This document shows, piece by piece, positions 41,774-51,610 of a stretch of 64,000 nt of DNA (positions within the stretch are counted from its first letter, which is position 1; every line of letters begins with the position of its first letter). The notes beneath the pieces were generated by a model that saw nothing but the letters and a program-made list of their open reading frames with translations, had not been told where the DNA came from and did no database searches. The stretch covers positions 156,839 through 220,838 of the forward strand of contig CAWAWG010000002.1 in the NCBI GenBank assembly GCA_963785645.1. The letters are read 5' to 3'. The DNA is from an uncultured Actinomycetota bacterium (lineage in GTDB: Bacteria; Actinomycetota; Actinomycetes; Streptosporangiales; Streptosporangiaceae). The translations under genes and the position numbers were made by a program.

Positions 41774-43491
41774 GCCGGGTGATGGTCAATGCCGTCGCGC
41801 GTGTCCGCGCCGCGTACGCGGCGATCGACGCGGCCGGCCGGCCAGAGGTCTGGATCACGCTGCGGCCCGCCGCCGAGGCCCTGGCGGAAGCGGCCGGAAT
41901 CGACGCCCGCGCGGCCGGCGGCGCCGACCTGCCGCTGGCCGGGCTGGTCGCCGCGGTCAAGGACAACATCGACGTGGCGGGGCTGCCCACCACGGCGGCC
42001 GCCCCCTCGTTCGCTTACCAGCCGGCGGGCGACGCGACCGCCGTCGCCCGGCTGCGCGCCGCCGGCGCGGTCATCCTCGGCAAGACCAACCTCGACCAGT
42101 TCGCCACCGGCCTGGTCGGCACCCGCAGCCCGCACGGCGCGGTGCGCAACGCCTGGGATCCCGCCCGGATCTCCGGCGGGTCAAGTTCGGGCTCGGCCGT
42201 GGCGGTCGCGCTCGGCCTCGTCGACCTGGCCCTCGGCACCGACACGGCCGGCTCGGGCCGGGTGCCCGCCGCGCTGAACGGCGTGGTGGGCGTGAAGCCG
42301 ACGCGCGGCGTCATCCCCGCCACCGGCGTGCTGCCGGCCTGCCGTTCGCTTGACTGCGTGACCGTCTTCGCCCGCTCGCTTGACCTGGCCGGGAAAGCCG
42401 TCGCGGTGATGGCCGGCCCAGACGGGCGCGACCCGCTGGCCGCTCTGCTCGGCGACCGCCCGCGGGGTGCCTGGCGGCTGCCCGCCGACGCCAGAGCGTC
42501 CGGGGTCGGACCGCCGAGGGTCGCCGTCCCGTTGCCTGCCCAGCTCGACGGGCTCGCCGACGGCTGGGCGGAGGCGTTCGCCGCCGCGGTGGCCCGCCTG
42601 CGGGCGGCGGGCGCCGACACGGCCGAGGTCGACATCACTCCCCTGCTCGAAGCGGCCGCGCTGCTGTACGGCGGTGCGTTCGTCGCCGAGCGGTATACGG
42701 CGGTCGGCGGGCACATCGCCGCCAACACCGGGCTGATCGGCACGGACCTGGACCCGGTCGTCGCCCGGATCATCCTCGACGGCGCCCGCTTCACCGCCGC
42801 CGAACTGTTCGCCGACCACGAAAGGCTGGACCGCCTGGCAGCACGGGCCGCGGCCACGCTTGACGGCTTCGACGCGCTGCTCACTCCGACGACGACGACG
42901 CACCCGACGCTGTCCGACGTGGCCGCCGACCCGGTCGGCGTCAACTCCCGGCTCGGCCGGTACACCAACTTCGCGAACCTGCTCGACCTCGCTTCGGTCG
43001 CCGTCCCCGCCGGGACGGTACGCGGACTGCCGTTCGGGATCATGCTTACCGGCCCGGCGGGCAGCGACGAGCGGCTCGCCTGGATCGCCGGGCGCTACGA
43101 CCAGGCACCGGTCGACCTCCTCGTCGTCGGCGCGCACCTGTCGGGCCAGCCGCTGAACCACGAGCTTCTCGCGGCGGGCGCCACCCTGGTCGGTCCGGCC
43201 GCGACCGCGAACCGCTACCGGCTGTTCGCCCTGGACACCACGCCGCCCAAGCCGGGACTGGTGCGGCAGGCCGAAGGCGGCGAGTCGATCGCCGGCGAGG
43301 TGTGGCGGCTGCCCGCCGCCGGGTTCGCGCGCTTCCTGGCCGGCCTCGCCCCGCCGATGACGGTCGGCCGGGTCTTCCTCGACGACGGCCGTGACGTGCC
43401 CGGTTTCCTGTGCGAGCCGGCCGCCGTGACCGGTGCGGATGACATCACCGGCTACGGCGGCTGGCGTGCGTGGCGAGCGCGGCTGGCATAA
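41770..43491 (+). CDS. atzF: Allophanate hydrolase
   Basis: AVKDNIDVAG, TNLDQFATGLVGTRSP, GGSSSGS, DTAGSGRVP, VVGAHLSGQPLN. Confidence 0.92.
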   Translation: MSRVMVNAVARVRAAYAAIDAAGRPEVWITLRPAAEALAEAAGIDARAAGGADLPLAGLVAAVKDNIDVAGLPTTAAAPSFAYQPAGDATAVARLRAAGAVILGKTNLDQFATGLVGTRSPHGAVRNAWDPARISGGSSSGSAVAVALGLVDLALGTDTAGSGRVPAALNGVVGVKPTRGVIPATGVLPACRSLDCVTVFARSLDLAGKAVAVMAGPDGRDPLAALLGDRPRGAWRLPADARASGVGPPRVAVPLPAQLDGLADGWAEAFAAAVARLRAAGADTAEVDITPLLEAAALLYGGAFVAERYTAVGGHIAANTGLIGTDLDPVVARIILDGARFTAAELFADHERLDRLAARAAATLDGFDALLTPTTTTHPTLSDVAADPVGVNSRLGRYTNFANLLDLASVAVPAGTVRGLPFGIMLTGPAGSDERLAWIAGRYDQAPVDLLVVGAHLSGQPLNHELLAAGATLVGPAATANRYRLFALDTTPPKPGLVRQAEGGESIAGEVWRLPAAGFARFLAGLAPPMTVGRVFLDDGRDVPGFLCEPAAVTGADDITGYGGWRAWRARLA

Positions 43492-43498
43492 TCACTGC

Positions 43499-44200
43499 GT
43501 GGCAGAAGCGCAGCTAGGCCATCGGCGGGCCGGCCGGCCGCGGCTCCGCCCGGCAAGCGGCGCCGAGGTCGCGCCGCGCGAGGAGATCCTCGACGCGGCG
43601 GCGGAGCTGTTCGTCAGCCAGGGCATCGCCGCGACCACCACCCGGCAGATCGCCGACCGGGTCGGCATCCGCCAGGCTTCGCTTTACTACTACTTCGCGG
43701 GCAAGGACGAGATCCTGCTTGAGCTGCTCATCCAGTCGGTGCGGCCGAGCCTGCGGGTGGCCGGGGAACTGGAGTCCCGGTGCCGCGACGATCCGGCGGC
43801 GGGGCTGTACGCGCTGGCCCTGATGGACGTGGCGACCCTGGCCCGGGCCCCGCACAACATCGCCATCCTCTATCTGATGCCCGAGGTCCAGGCGGAGAAG
43901 TTCGAGTCGTTCCAGGCGGAGCGGGCGCAGCTGCAGGCCGTCTACGGGCGCCTCGGGCAGGCCGCCTCGGCCGGTCACGGCATGGACGAGGCGCTCACCG
44001 CGACCCTGCTCATGCAGCTCGTCGAGTCGGTCATCCAGCTGCGCCGGGTCGGGGAGCTCCGCGAGGGCTGCGGGCACGAGATCGCGGCCGCCTGCCTGCG
44101 CCTGGTCGGCCTCGGCCCGGCCCAGGTCGCGAGTGCCCGCGCCGCCGCCAGCGGGCCGGCGCCCCGGCCCATCTCCCAGGCCGCGGACAGCGGCCTCTAA
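43499..44200 (+). CDS. TetR family regulator of the carboxylase operon
   Basis: GRPR..EEILDAAAELF..TTTRQIADRVGIRQASLYYYF. Confidence 0.88.
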   Translation: MAEAQLGHRRAGRPRLRPASGAEVAPREEILDAAAELFVSQGIAATTTRQIADRVGIRQASLYYYFAGKDEILLELLIQSVRPSLRVAGELESRCRDDPAAGLYALALMDVATLARAPHNIAILYLMPEVQAEKFESFQAERAQLQAVYGRLGQAASAGHGMDEALTATLLMQLVESVIQLRRVGELREGCGHEIAAACLRLVGLGPAQVASARAAASGPAPRPISQAADSGL

Positions 44201-44204
44201 ACGG

Positions 44205-44702
44205 CTACCCAATGACGGTAAACGCTCCCAGTTCAAGGTCCTTGCGAACGCTATCTGGGTCGAAAGCCTTGCCATGCATGGCAATATAAACGCCTGGCGG
44301 GAGCGCAGCGCAATATGCTATAGCCGCACCCAGGTTAAACATCGCATCCGAAATTACACCAAAGCTATATGGCACCATCGCCCCAGTCAGTACGATGGTC
44401 TTCGCGGAGCAGGACCTGGCTCTTGCCAGCGCCTGGGCCGTCTCAACCATCGCAGAGGTACCATGCGTAATAACAATCCTGTCTTCCTCTGAGGCGCTGC
44501 AGGAAGCCGCTATTCTCTCACGATCCGCGACTGTCAGATCTGAGCTCTCTTTCAGCAATACCTCCTCAATTACTATCTCGTCAACCAGACGAGCGCGAGT
44601 AATCATCTCAGGCACCTGAGTACCGTCAAATGCCAGTTCCCCGGTCCTCGGATTGTATTGCTTGTCTATCGTGCCGCCTGTAACGATCAAACGAGTACGC
44701 AC
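44205..44702 (-). CDS. Short asparaginase-domain protein
   Basis: TGGTIDKQY, ITHGTSAM, VLTGAMVPY; visibly lower GC than neighbours. Confidence 0.85.
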   Translation of the reverse strand: MRTRLIVTGGTIDKQYNPRTGELAFDGTQVPEMITRARLVDEIVIEEVLLKESSDLTVADRERIAASCSASEEDRIVITHGTSAMVETAQALARARSCSAKTIVLTGAMVPYSFGVISDAMFNLGAAIAYCAALPPGVYIAMHGKAFDPDSVRKDLELGAFTVIG

Positions 44703-44755
44703 GCTGTATCTCCCTTGTCTCGGCCTGCTCCGGCTTGTCTCGGCAAGCGGGGCGG

Positions 44756-45928
44756 TCAGCTGACCGGTGCGGTGAATGACCGGAAGGCCTCCCACGCGTC
44801 GTTGTGAAGTTCGAATCCGATTCCGGGAACGTCTGGAAGGCCGATACGGCCGGCGTCGACCGGCAGGGCGGGCGGCGGGCCGTGGAACGGGTGGAAGGCC
44901 AGCGGGTTGACCTCGGCGCCGCCGAGCCCGAGAGCGGCGACGAGATGGAGGCTGAACAGGTGGCCGCCGTGCGGCCAGAAGGCGCGCCGGGGCCAGCCGG
45001 CCGCGGTGAGCGTGTCTATGATCCGCAGGTAGCCGGGCAGACCGTAGCAGTGCACGGGATCGAACAGGAGAATGTCGCTGTCGCGCCGCAGGCCCGCGTA
45101 CTGGTCGAGCAGCGCCGCCTCGGCCGCCGAGAACAGCGCCTCGCCGGCGGCGATCGGCGGACCGTAGCACGCGGCGACGCGCGCGTGCGTGGCGAAATCC
45201 AGCGGGTCGCAGATGTCCTCGAACCACCAGAGCCCGAATCGGCCGAGCGCGGCGGCCGCGGTGAGGGCCATGGCCGGGCTGAAGGAATTCATCGCGTCGA
45301 CGGCCAGGTGCCCGCTGCCGTCCAGTGGCCCGGCGGCGGCCTCGACGCGCCGCAGGTCGTCGTCCAGGCTGGCAGCGCCGATCTTGATCTTCACCCGGGT
45401 GAAGCCGAGGTCGGCGAAGTGCCGTACCTCCCCGGAGAGGGCGGCGAGGTCATCGTCTGGGTACGGGTATCCGCCGCTGGCGTAGACGGGGACATGCGGT
45501 GCGGCGACGTCGCGGCCGAGCCGGCCGGCCAGGAACTGGTGCAACGGCACGCCGGCGATCTTGGCCGCGGCGTCCCAGAGAGCCATGTCGAGGGTGCCGA
45601 CCGCCACGCACCGTTCGCCGTGGCCGCCGGGCTTCTCGCCGGCCATCATGACCGTCCAGGCCCGGAAGGGGTCGAGGTTGGCACCGTCATCGGCGGCGAT
45701 GTCCTGCGCGGACGCTCGCAGCAGACGAGGCGCGAAGCGTTCCCTGATCAGACCGCTCTGGGCATAGCGCCCGACCGAGGCGAACCCGTAGCCGACCACC
45801 GGCCGCCCGTCGCGGACGACGTCGGTGACAACGGCGACCAGGCTGGTGGTCAGACCACCAGAGGGGATACCCGGATCGCGGTAGCGGGAGATCCCGATCG
45901 CCCGTTCCCTGATATCGACGATGCGCAT
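44756..45928 (-). CDS. Mandelate racemase/enolase superfamily enzyme (D-tartrate dehydratase-like)
   Basis: EKPGGHGER, KIKIG, AVDAMN, WFED, PHGGH. Confidence 0.85.
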   Translation of the reverse strand: MRIVDIRERAIGISRYRDPGIPSGGLTTSLVAVVTDVVRDGRPVVGYGFASVGRYAQSGLIRERFAPRLLRASAQDIAADDGANLDPFRAWTVMMAGEKPGGHGERCVAVGTLDMALWDAAAKIAGVPLHQFLAGRLGRDVAAPHVPVYASGGYPYPDDDLAALSGEVRHFADLGFTRVKIKIGAASLDDDLRRVEAAAGPLDGSGHLAVDAMNSFSPAMALTAAAALGRFGLWWFEDICDPLDFATHARVAACYGPPIAAGEALFSAAEAALLDQYAGLRRDSDILLFDPVHCYGLPGYLRIIDTLTAAGWPRRAFWPHGGHLFSLHLVAALGLGGAEVNPLAFHPFHGPPPALPVDAGRIGLPDVPGIGFELHNDAWEAFRSFTAPVS

Positions 45929-46015
45929 TCGGCGTCCTCCGCCGCTCCTGACATAAAGCCGTGGAAAGCGCTCCGATCGTAGCCCGGGCGGCAACCGGAC
46001 GGCACCTGCCCCCGG

Positions 46016-46362
46016 CCTACCGGGGTTGAAAGACCTGGGTCGGTGACGCGTCCACCCGGGATGCCCTCGGGGGCGTACGCGGCATCGTGCCTCAATGTCC
46101 CGGTGCTGGCGAGGCGCTGCGGGCGACAGGACGGTCGCCAAGGTTTTCGCTTTAGTGGTCAATAAAGCAGGTTATAACCTGCGGAATTGACCCGTTCACG
46201 GGGCGTGTCGCGGGAGCGGCCGGATTTTCCGGGCATATCCGGCGCGCGCCCGGGCCGCCCGCCGCACGGCGAGATCCTCAGGCCGGTGACACTGCACCGG
46301 GGCGGGCAAGACATCCGCCGCGGCGCCTGCGCGGTGCGGACCTCGGCCCTTCAACCCTGTAA
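46016..46362 (-). mobile_element. ~340-bp non-coding quasi-palindromic dispersed element, copy 2 (inverted)
   Basis: Matches 21478-21820; ends GGGGTTGAAAGACCTGGGTC and GACCTCGGCCCTTCAACCCTG. Confidence 0.7.
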
Positions 46363-46466
46363 GACGTGAATGCCAAGTCTGCTCTCCTGCTGTTCCGCAC
46401 TGACTCAATGAAGCAGCGGCGTATACCCGGTCCCACGGGAACTCGCCATGGCAGTTTGGCCGGCGG

Positions 46467-47939
46467 CTACGGCATGAGGTACAGGTCCCGCGGGCTGACG
46501 AGGCGGATGCGGTCCGGATCACGGGCGGCCTGTTCACGCAGATCGCGATCGAAGCCCGCGGCGCTATAGCAGGCGAGGATGGTCATCCTGGTGTCGAACT
46601 TGCGGGCAGCGAGCAGGGCCGCAGCCCGTTCGAGACGGCGGAGGTGGACCATCCCCATCACTTCGCCCCACTTGGCTTCGCCCAGGGACAGGATCCGGCG
46701 GGGCTCGTCAAAGGCGGGGACGGCGAGTGCGGCAACATCGATCTGGAGCTGGGACTTGCCGGCGGCGTCGTTGACCGTTCCGCTGCCGACTTCGGCGGGC
46801 AGTTCGCCAAAGGCGTCCGCGCCGTGCAGGGTGGCATAGGACCGGCAGAGCGCCTCGAAGTGCGGGCCAGCGATCTGGGTGCTGAAGGTGCGCTGGGCCG
46901 AGCGCCAGACGGCTTCGGCGAGGCCAAGTTCCAGTTCCGGCCAGCGCCGCCGCATGATCGCCTCGTAGAAGGTGATGAGCGGCTCGATGATGCGGTAGGT
47001 GGAGCGCCCGGCGCGGAACAAGTCCGGCTCCCTGCTGATGAGGGCGGAGTCCTCAAGGACGGTGAGCGGATGGGTGAGCTGGTCGGACTTCCGGCCGACG
47101 TAGGTTCCGATCGCGCCGTTGGTGGTGTGGCCGAGGGCGATGGCGGCAAGGACGGAGTGGTAAATCGCTGGCTCGCGGATGTCGGTTTCCTCTGCCAGCA
47201 GGTAGCGCGCCTCACGGAACAGCGGGGTCAGCGGGTTCAGGGCGGTACGGACGACCCAGGCGTCGAAGTCGTCCGGCCCGCTGGGAGCATCGCCCCTGGT
47301 GAACTCCCGCCGGTAGGCCGGGGTACCGCCCGCGACCATGTGCACCTGCATGGCCAGGTGCGGGTCGTCGAGACCCCAGAACGTAGCCGCGTCCTGGTAC
47401 GAGAAAGGGTGCACGACGAGTTCAAGTCCGGCCCTCCCCCGCAGCGGGGCGCGTCCGGAAAGCAGGCCGCCCATAACGCTCATCGCCGATCCGCACAGGA
47501 TCAGGCGTACAGAGCTGTCCTTCGCCGTGCCGCCGGGGCCAAGTTCGCGCTGGATGATGGACGGCAGGGCCGGCGACACGCGGGTGAGGAACGGGAACTC
47601 GTCGATCACCACGAACGTAGGTTCCCCTGTGTACTGGCGGAACAGACGCCGGATGGCGTCGTTCCAGTCCCGGAACGGCGGGTCCACCACCTCGCCGGAG
47701 TGCCGGACCAGGGTCTCGGTGAACAACCGGAGCGACTCCGCCTCTGTGGCTTCGGTGGCGGCAAAGTACAAGCCGCCGATCTCCCGGGCAAGAGCTTGCA
47801 GCAGGAAGCTCTTCCCTTGTCGACGGCGCCCGCTGACCACCCCGAGCGTCGCGCCCAGCCCGGCATCGGATGCGAACGCCGCCAGCCCCTGCCACTCGCG
47901 GACCCGGTCGAAAACCTGATCCGGCTTCACTAGTGCCAT
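46467..47939 (-). CDS. Archaeal-type ATPase (ATPase_2) with DUF234-like nuclease C-terminus
   Basis: GRRRQGKS, VVIDEFPFL, LCGS, C-terminal IDV...GEAKW. Confidence 0.85.
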   Translation of the reverse strand: MALVKPDQVFDRVREWQGLAAFASDAGLGATLGVVSGRRRQGKSFLLQALAREIGGLYFAATEATEAESLRLFTETLVRHSGEVVDPPFRDWNDAIRRLFRQYTGEPTFVVIDEFPFLTRVSPALPSIIQRELGPGGTAKDSSVRLILCGSAMSVMGGLLSGRAPLRGRAGLELVVHPFSYQDAATFWGLDDPHLAMQVHMVAGGTPAYRREFTRGDAPSGPDDFDAWVVRTALNPLTPLFREARYLLAEETDIREPAIYHSVLAAIALGHTTNGAIGTYVGRKSDQLTHPLTVLEDSALISREPDLFRAGRSTYRIIEPLITFYEAIMRRRWPELELGLAEAVWRSAQRTFSTQIAGPHFEALCRSYATLHGADAFGELPAEVGSGTVNDAAGKSQLQIDVAALAVPAFDEPRRILSLGEAKWGEVMGMVHLRRLERAAALLAARKFDTRMTILACYSAAGFDRDLREQAARDPDRIRLVSPRDLYLMP

Positions 47940-47971
47940 AACTCAGATGATAGCGAGTTGCAGCCGAATCG

Positions 47972-48014
47972 AGAGTTATAGTTCTGAGAATACAACTCTC
48001 AGAACTATAACTCT
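47972..48014. promoter_or_regulatory. AT-rich inverted repeat (18-bp arms, 7-nt loop): operator and/or terminator
   Basis: AGAGTTATAGTTCTGAGA-atacaac-TCTCAGAACTATAACTCT. Confidence 0.7.
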
Positions 48015-48589
48015 GTAAAGTTGCTGATGCCCGGGGGCCCGGTCAGGATGGTCGGGACGTACTCGAGCAGCTGGATGCGGGCGTCGAACGTGCGGCTGCT
48101 GATCATGTCCAGTGCGACATCGGGATAGCCGTCGTAGATCCGTTCCCGGCCGCTGCTTCCGGTGATCACGGGAAAGACAACCACGCGGAAGCGGTCAACG
48201 AGACCGGCCTTCAGCAGCGACCGGCACAGGGTGAGGCTGCCGATGGTGCGCATCGACTTGGCGGCCTTTTCCTTCATCTCCCGTACGGCCTCAACCGGGT
48301 CTTGCACCACGAGCTGCGTGTTCGCCCACGAGAGGGGCGCGCGCAACGTGGTCGAGAAGACGACCTTCGGCATGCCCGCCAGCGCGTCGGTACCGGGCTC
48401 GCCCTCCGCCGCGAATCGCGACATGAGGCGGTAGGTGGTCGCGCCCATCAGGACCGTGTAGTCCGCCTCTGGCTGCTCTCCCAGCCACCCGAGGTACTCA
48501 GGCCCTTCAAGCCCCCACCAGCCGGGCCAGCCGTCGGCCGCCGCGTAGCCGTCCAGCGAAGTGATGAAGTCGATGAGGAGTTCCGGCAT
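48005..48589 (-). CDS. Dihydrofolate reductase/RibD C-terminal family protein
   Basis: ITSLDGY, LMGATTY, GLVDRFRVVVFPVITG. Confidence 0.88.
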   Translation of the reverse strand: MPELLIDFITSLDGYAAADGWPGWWGLEGPEYLGWLGEQPEADYTVLMGATTYRLMSRFAAEGEPGTDALAGMPKVVFSTTLRAPLSWANTQLVVQDPVEAVREMKEKAAKSMRTIGSLTLCRSLLKAGLVDRFRVVVFPVITGSSGRERIYDGYPDVALDMISSRTFDARIQLLEYVPTILTGPPGISNFTEL

Positions 48590-48823
48590 AGCGGTGTCCC
48601 TTTCCCTGAGCTGAGATAGCGGCTGCCGCCTACTCTGCTACGACGGCAGGAACTACGGCTAGGACGCGCGGCGAGGCCAGAACTCATCGCCAGCGCGCGC
48701 CTACTGTCATAAGCCGCTGCCGGCCCAGCCCCGCGCCCGTTTCTTACCTGGCGAGCGCCTGCCCGAGCTTTCCGGCTCGATTACGGGGCCCGGCGGGACG
48801 GTCCAGACGTGTTAGCGTCTTAC

Positions 48824-49174
48824 ATGATCACTGCCGCGGACGTGCGGGAAGCGGCGATGGCCTTGCCCCGCACGGAGGAACATCTCATCCGCGACTTCAT
48901 CAAGTTCCGCGTCGGGAAGATCGTCTACGCTTCGATCTCGCCCGACGAGAAAACGCTGGGCTTCGGTTTCCCGAAAGAGGAGCGAGCGGCGCTCATCGAC
49001 AGCCAGCCGGACCGATTCCTCTGGCCGAAGCTGTCCGACCAGCGGTTCCACTGGATTAACGCTCGGATGGCCGTTCTTGACGCCGGCGAGATGCGGGAGC
49101 TGGTCATCGACGCCTGGCGGATGGTCGTGCCGAAGAAGGTCGCGGCGGCCCACCTCGGGCGCGTAATCGACTGA
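48824..49174 (+). CDS. MmcQ/YjbR family protein
   Basis: KFRVGKIVY, ELVIDAWRMVVPKK. Confidence 0.8.
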   Translation: MITAADVREAAMALPRTEEHLIRDFIKFRVGKIVYASISPDEKTLGFGFPKEERAALIDSQPDRFLWPKLSDQRFHWINARMAVLDAGEMRELVIDAWRMVVPKKVAAAHLGRVID

Positions 49175-49295
49175 GGGCAAGCGGCTGGGCAGCGGGCAAG
49201 CCCCCCGCGCATTCCTCAGGACGTTACGGGCAACGGTGGGCTATTCGCTATCTTTTGCGCACGCATGACCGCGCGGCCGCTGCGAGAATGTCCGC

Positions 49296-49674
49296 ATGGA
49301 CGAACGCGCGTGTCCCTGCGGCCTCGGCGACGAATATGACTCATGCTGCGGGCGGTTCCACTCCGGGACCCCGGCGCCAACCGCCGAGTCGCTAATGCGC
49401 TCCCGCTACAGCGCGTTCGCGGTCGGCGACGTCAGGTACCTCTTGCGCACCTGGCACCCGTCCGGTCGCCCGCGAGAACTCCAGCTCGACCCGGCGCTGC
49501 GCTGGACCCGGCTGGCGGTGCTTGAGACCCAGGAGGGCGGCTTCTTCGATACCGCCTGGCACGGTGCGGTTCCGTGCCATCTACGTCCGGGAAGGACAAC
49601 GGGGCGTCCTCGCCGAGACGAGCAGGTTCGTCCGGGAGGAAGGAGTCTGGACCTATCTCGGTCCCGCCAGCTGA
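49296..49674 (+). CDS. YchJ family SEC-C protein (frameshift near 49556)
   Basis: CPCG..YDSCC, TAESLMRSRYSAF; ETSRFVRE..WTY lies in the shifted frame. Confidence 0.82.
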
Positions 49675-49833
49675 CCGGGCGGAGCCTGGGAGTTCCGAAG
49701 TCAGCCGCCCTCGTTCTGACTCCTCATGTCTGTCTCGCTGACGGGAGGGGGCGCCGGTTCCGGTCGCCGGGCGGCGGATTAGGGTCTGGTCCTGTCAGCG
49801 GTGCGGGAGCCGACGGAACGGATGGTGCGGAGC

Positions 49834-51448
49834 ATGACGGTGGCCAGCCGGCTGTACGCGGCGCTGGCGGAGGTCGGGCCCGCGCTGACCCGCGAGGTTG
49901 ACGTGCAGCGCGATGTCGTGGTCCGCGCTCCCGACGGCACCCGCCTGCTGACCGATGTCTACCTGGCCAGGCCCGGCCTGCCGCTGCCGGTCATCCTCGT
50001 GCGCTGTCCGTACGGGCGCGGCGGCGCCTACGGCACCATCGGCCTGCTCTTCGCCGAACGCGGTTACCACGCGGTCATCCAGTCGACCAGGGGCACGTTC
50101 GGCTCGGGCGGGTGCATCGACTTCGACGCGGAGGCGGCCGACGGCCGGGCCGCCGCTGACTGGATTATCCGCCAGCCGTGGTCTAACGGAGCGATCGGCA
50201 CCTTCGGCGGCAGCTACCTCGGCTTCACCCAGCTCGCCCTCGCCTCGACCAGGCCGCCGCAGCTCAAGGCCATGGCGATCTCGATCTGGGGCGCCGATCG
50301 CCGCACCTACTACCAGGGCGGCGCCTTTACCCTGGACCGGGCGCTCGGCTGGGCCTTCATCCTGGAAAACCAGGAGCTGCCGCTCGGCTTCGCTCGCATA
50401 CCGCTTCGCGCGCACAAGGCACTCGTCCCGGCGTTCGACCATCTCCCGCTGCTCGACGCCGACACCGTGGCCGTCGGGCACCCGGTCGGCTTCTACCGGG
50501 ACTGGCTCGACCCACGACAAGCCCGGCGATCCGTACTGGGCACCGACCGACTTCCGCCCGATCCTGAAAGACCTTGGCATCCCGGTCACCATGACCGCAG
50601 GCTGGTACGACATGTTCCTGCCGCAGATGCTCGCCGACTACCAGGAACTGTGCGACGGAGGCCAGGAGGTGCGGCTGCGGGTCGGCGGCTGGCACCACAC
50701 CAGCCGGGGCCTGTTTCGCCAGTCCCTGGCCGACGCCTTCGACTGGTTCGGCACGCACCTGCTGGGCCGCACAGCGCCGGCAGGCCAGCCCAGGCTCCGG
50801 GTGGAGGTCACGGGCGGCGGCGGGTGGCGCGACCAGGCGGACTGGCCGCCGCCGGACGCGGCCGCTCAGCGCTGGCATCTTCGCGACGGCGGCACGCTGG
50901 GGACAGACGTCCCCGCGGTCAGCGCCCCGGACCGTTACACCTACGACCCCGCCGACCCGACGCCGTCGGTCGGCGGTGCCACCCCGGCGAACAGCGGCCC
51001 GCGCGACAACCGCGCGCTCGAACAGCGGCCCGACGTTCTTACCTACACCAGCGAGCCGGTGACCAGCCCGTTCGTGATCACCGGAAGCGTTACCGCGGAG
51101 CTGTTCGTCGGCTCAAGCCGTCCCTGCACGGACTTCTTCGCCCGGCTCTGCGATGTGGAGCCCGGCGGCAAGTCCCTGAACATCACGGACGGCATCCTCC
51201 GCCTGACCGGCGCGACGCAATCGCCCCAGCGGATCATCGTCGACCTGCTGCCCACCGCGCACCGGTTCAGGCCCGGCCACCGCATCCGGCTCCAGATCTC
51301 TAGCGGCGCCCATCCCCGTTACGCCCGCAACCCCGGCAGCGGCGAGCCGCTCGCGACCGCGACCAGGCAGTACACCGCACAGCAGACGGTCTACCACGAC
51401 CCGGCCCGCCCCTCCGCCGTCCTCCTGCCCGTCGTTTCCGACGGCTGA
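49834..51448 (+). CDS. CocE/NonD family hydrolase (frameshift near 50510)
   Basis: RCPYGR, GGSYLG nucleophile, GWYD, YTYDPADPTPSVGG. Confidence 0.85.
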
Positions 51449-51610
51449 CGGAACCGGCATCACCCGGCACTGGATGGGGCGAGCCGGGCACGCACCGGAA
51501 CCCTTCCGGGAGAGCGGCACCTGACCGAGGCAGCCGACTGTCTTAGGTGCGCCGCCAAAGCCGAGAACCGGGTGCGCGGGAGGTGCCGGGCTGGGCGTAA
51601 GGTTCAGCGT

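Noticed and set aside
39688-43491. 1267-aa ORF suggesting a carboxylase-allophanate hydrolase fusion
   Set aside because: It arises from a frameshift near 41460. The biotin domain (EAMKME) is in another frame ending at 41773, overlapping the atzF ATG.
45929-46162. N-terminal extension of the mandelate racemase-like ORF
   Set aside because: It is read-through into the 340-bp element; ATG 45928 has its own GGAGG.
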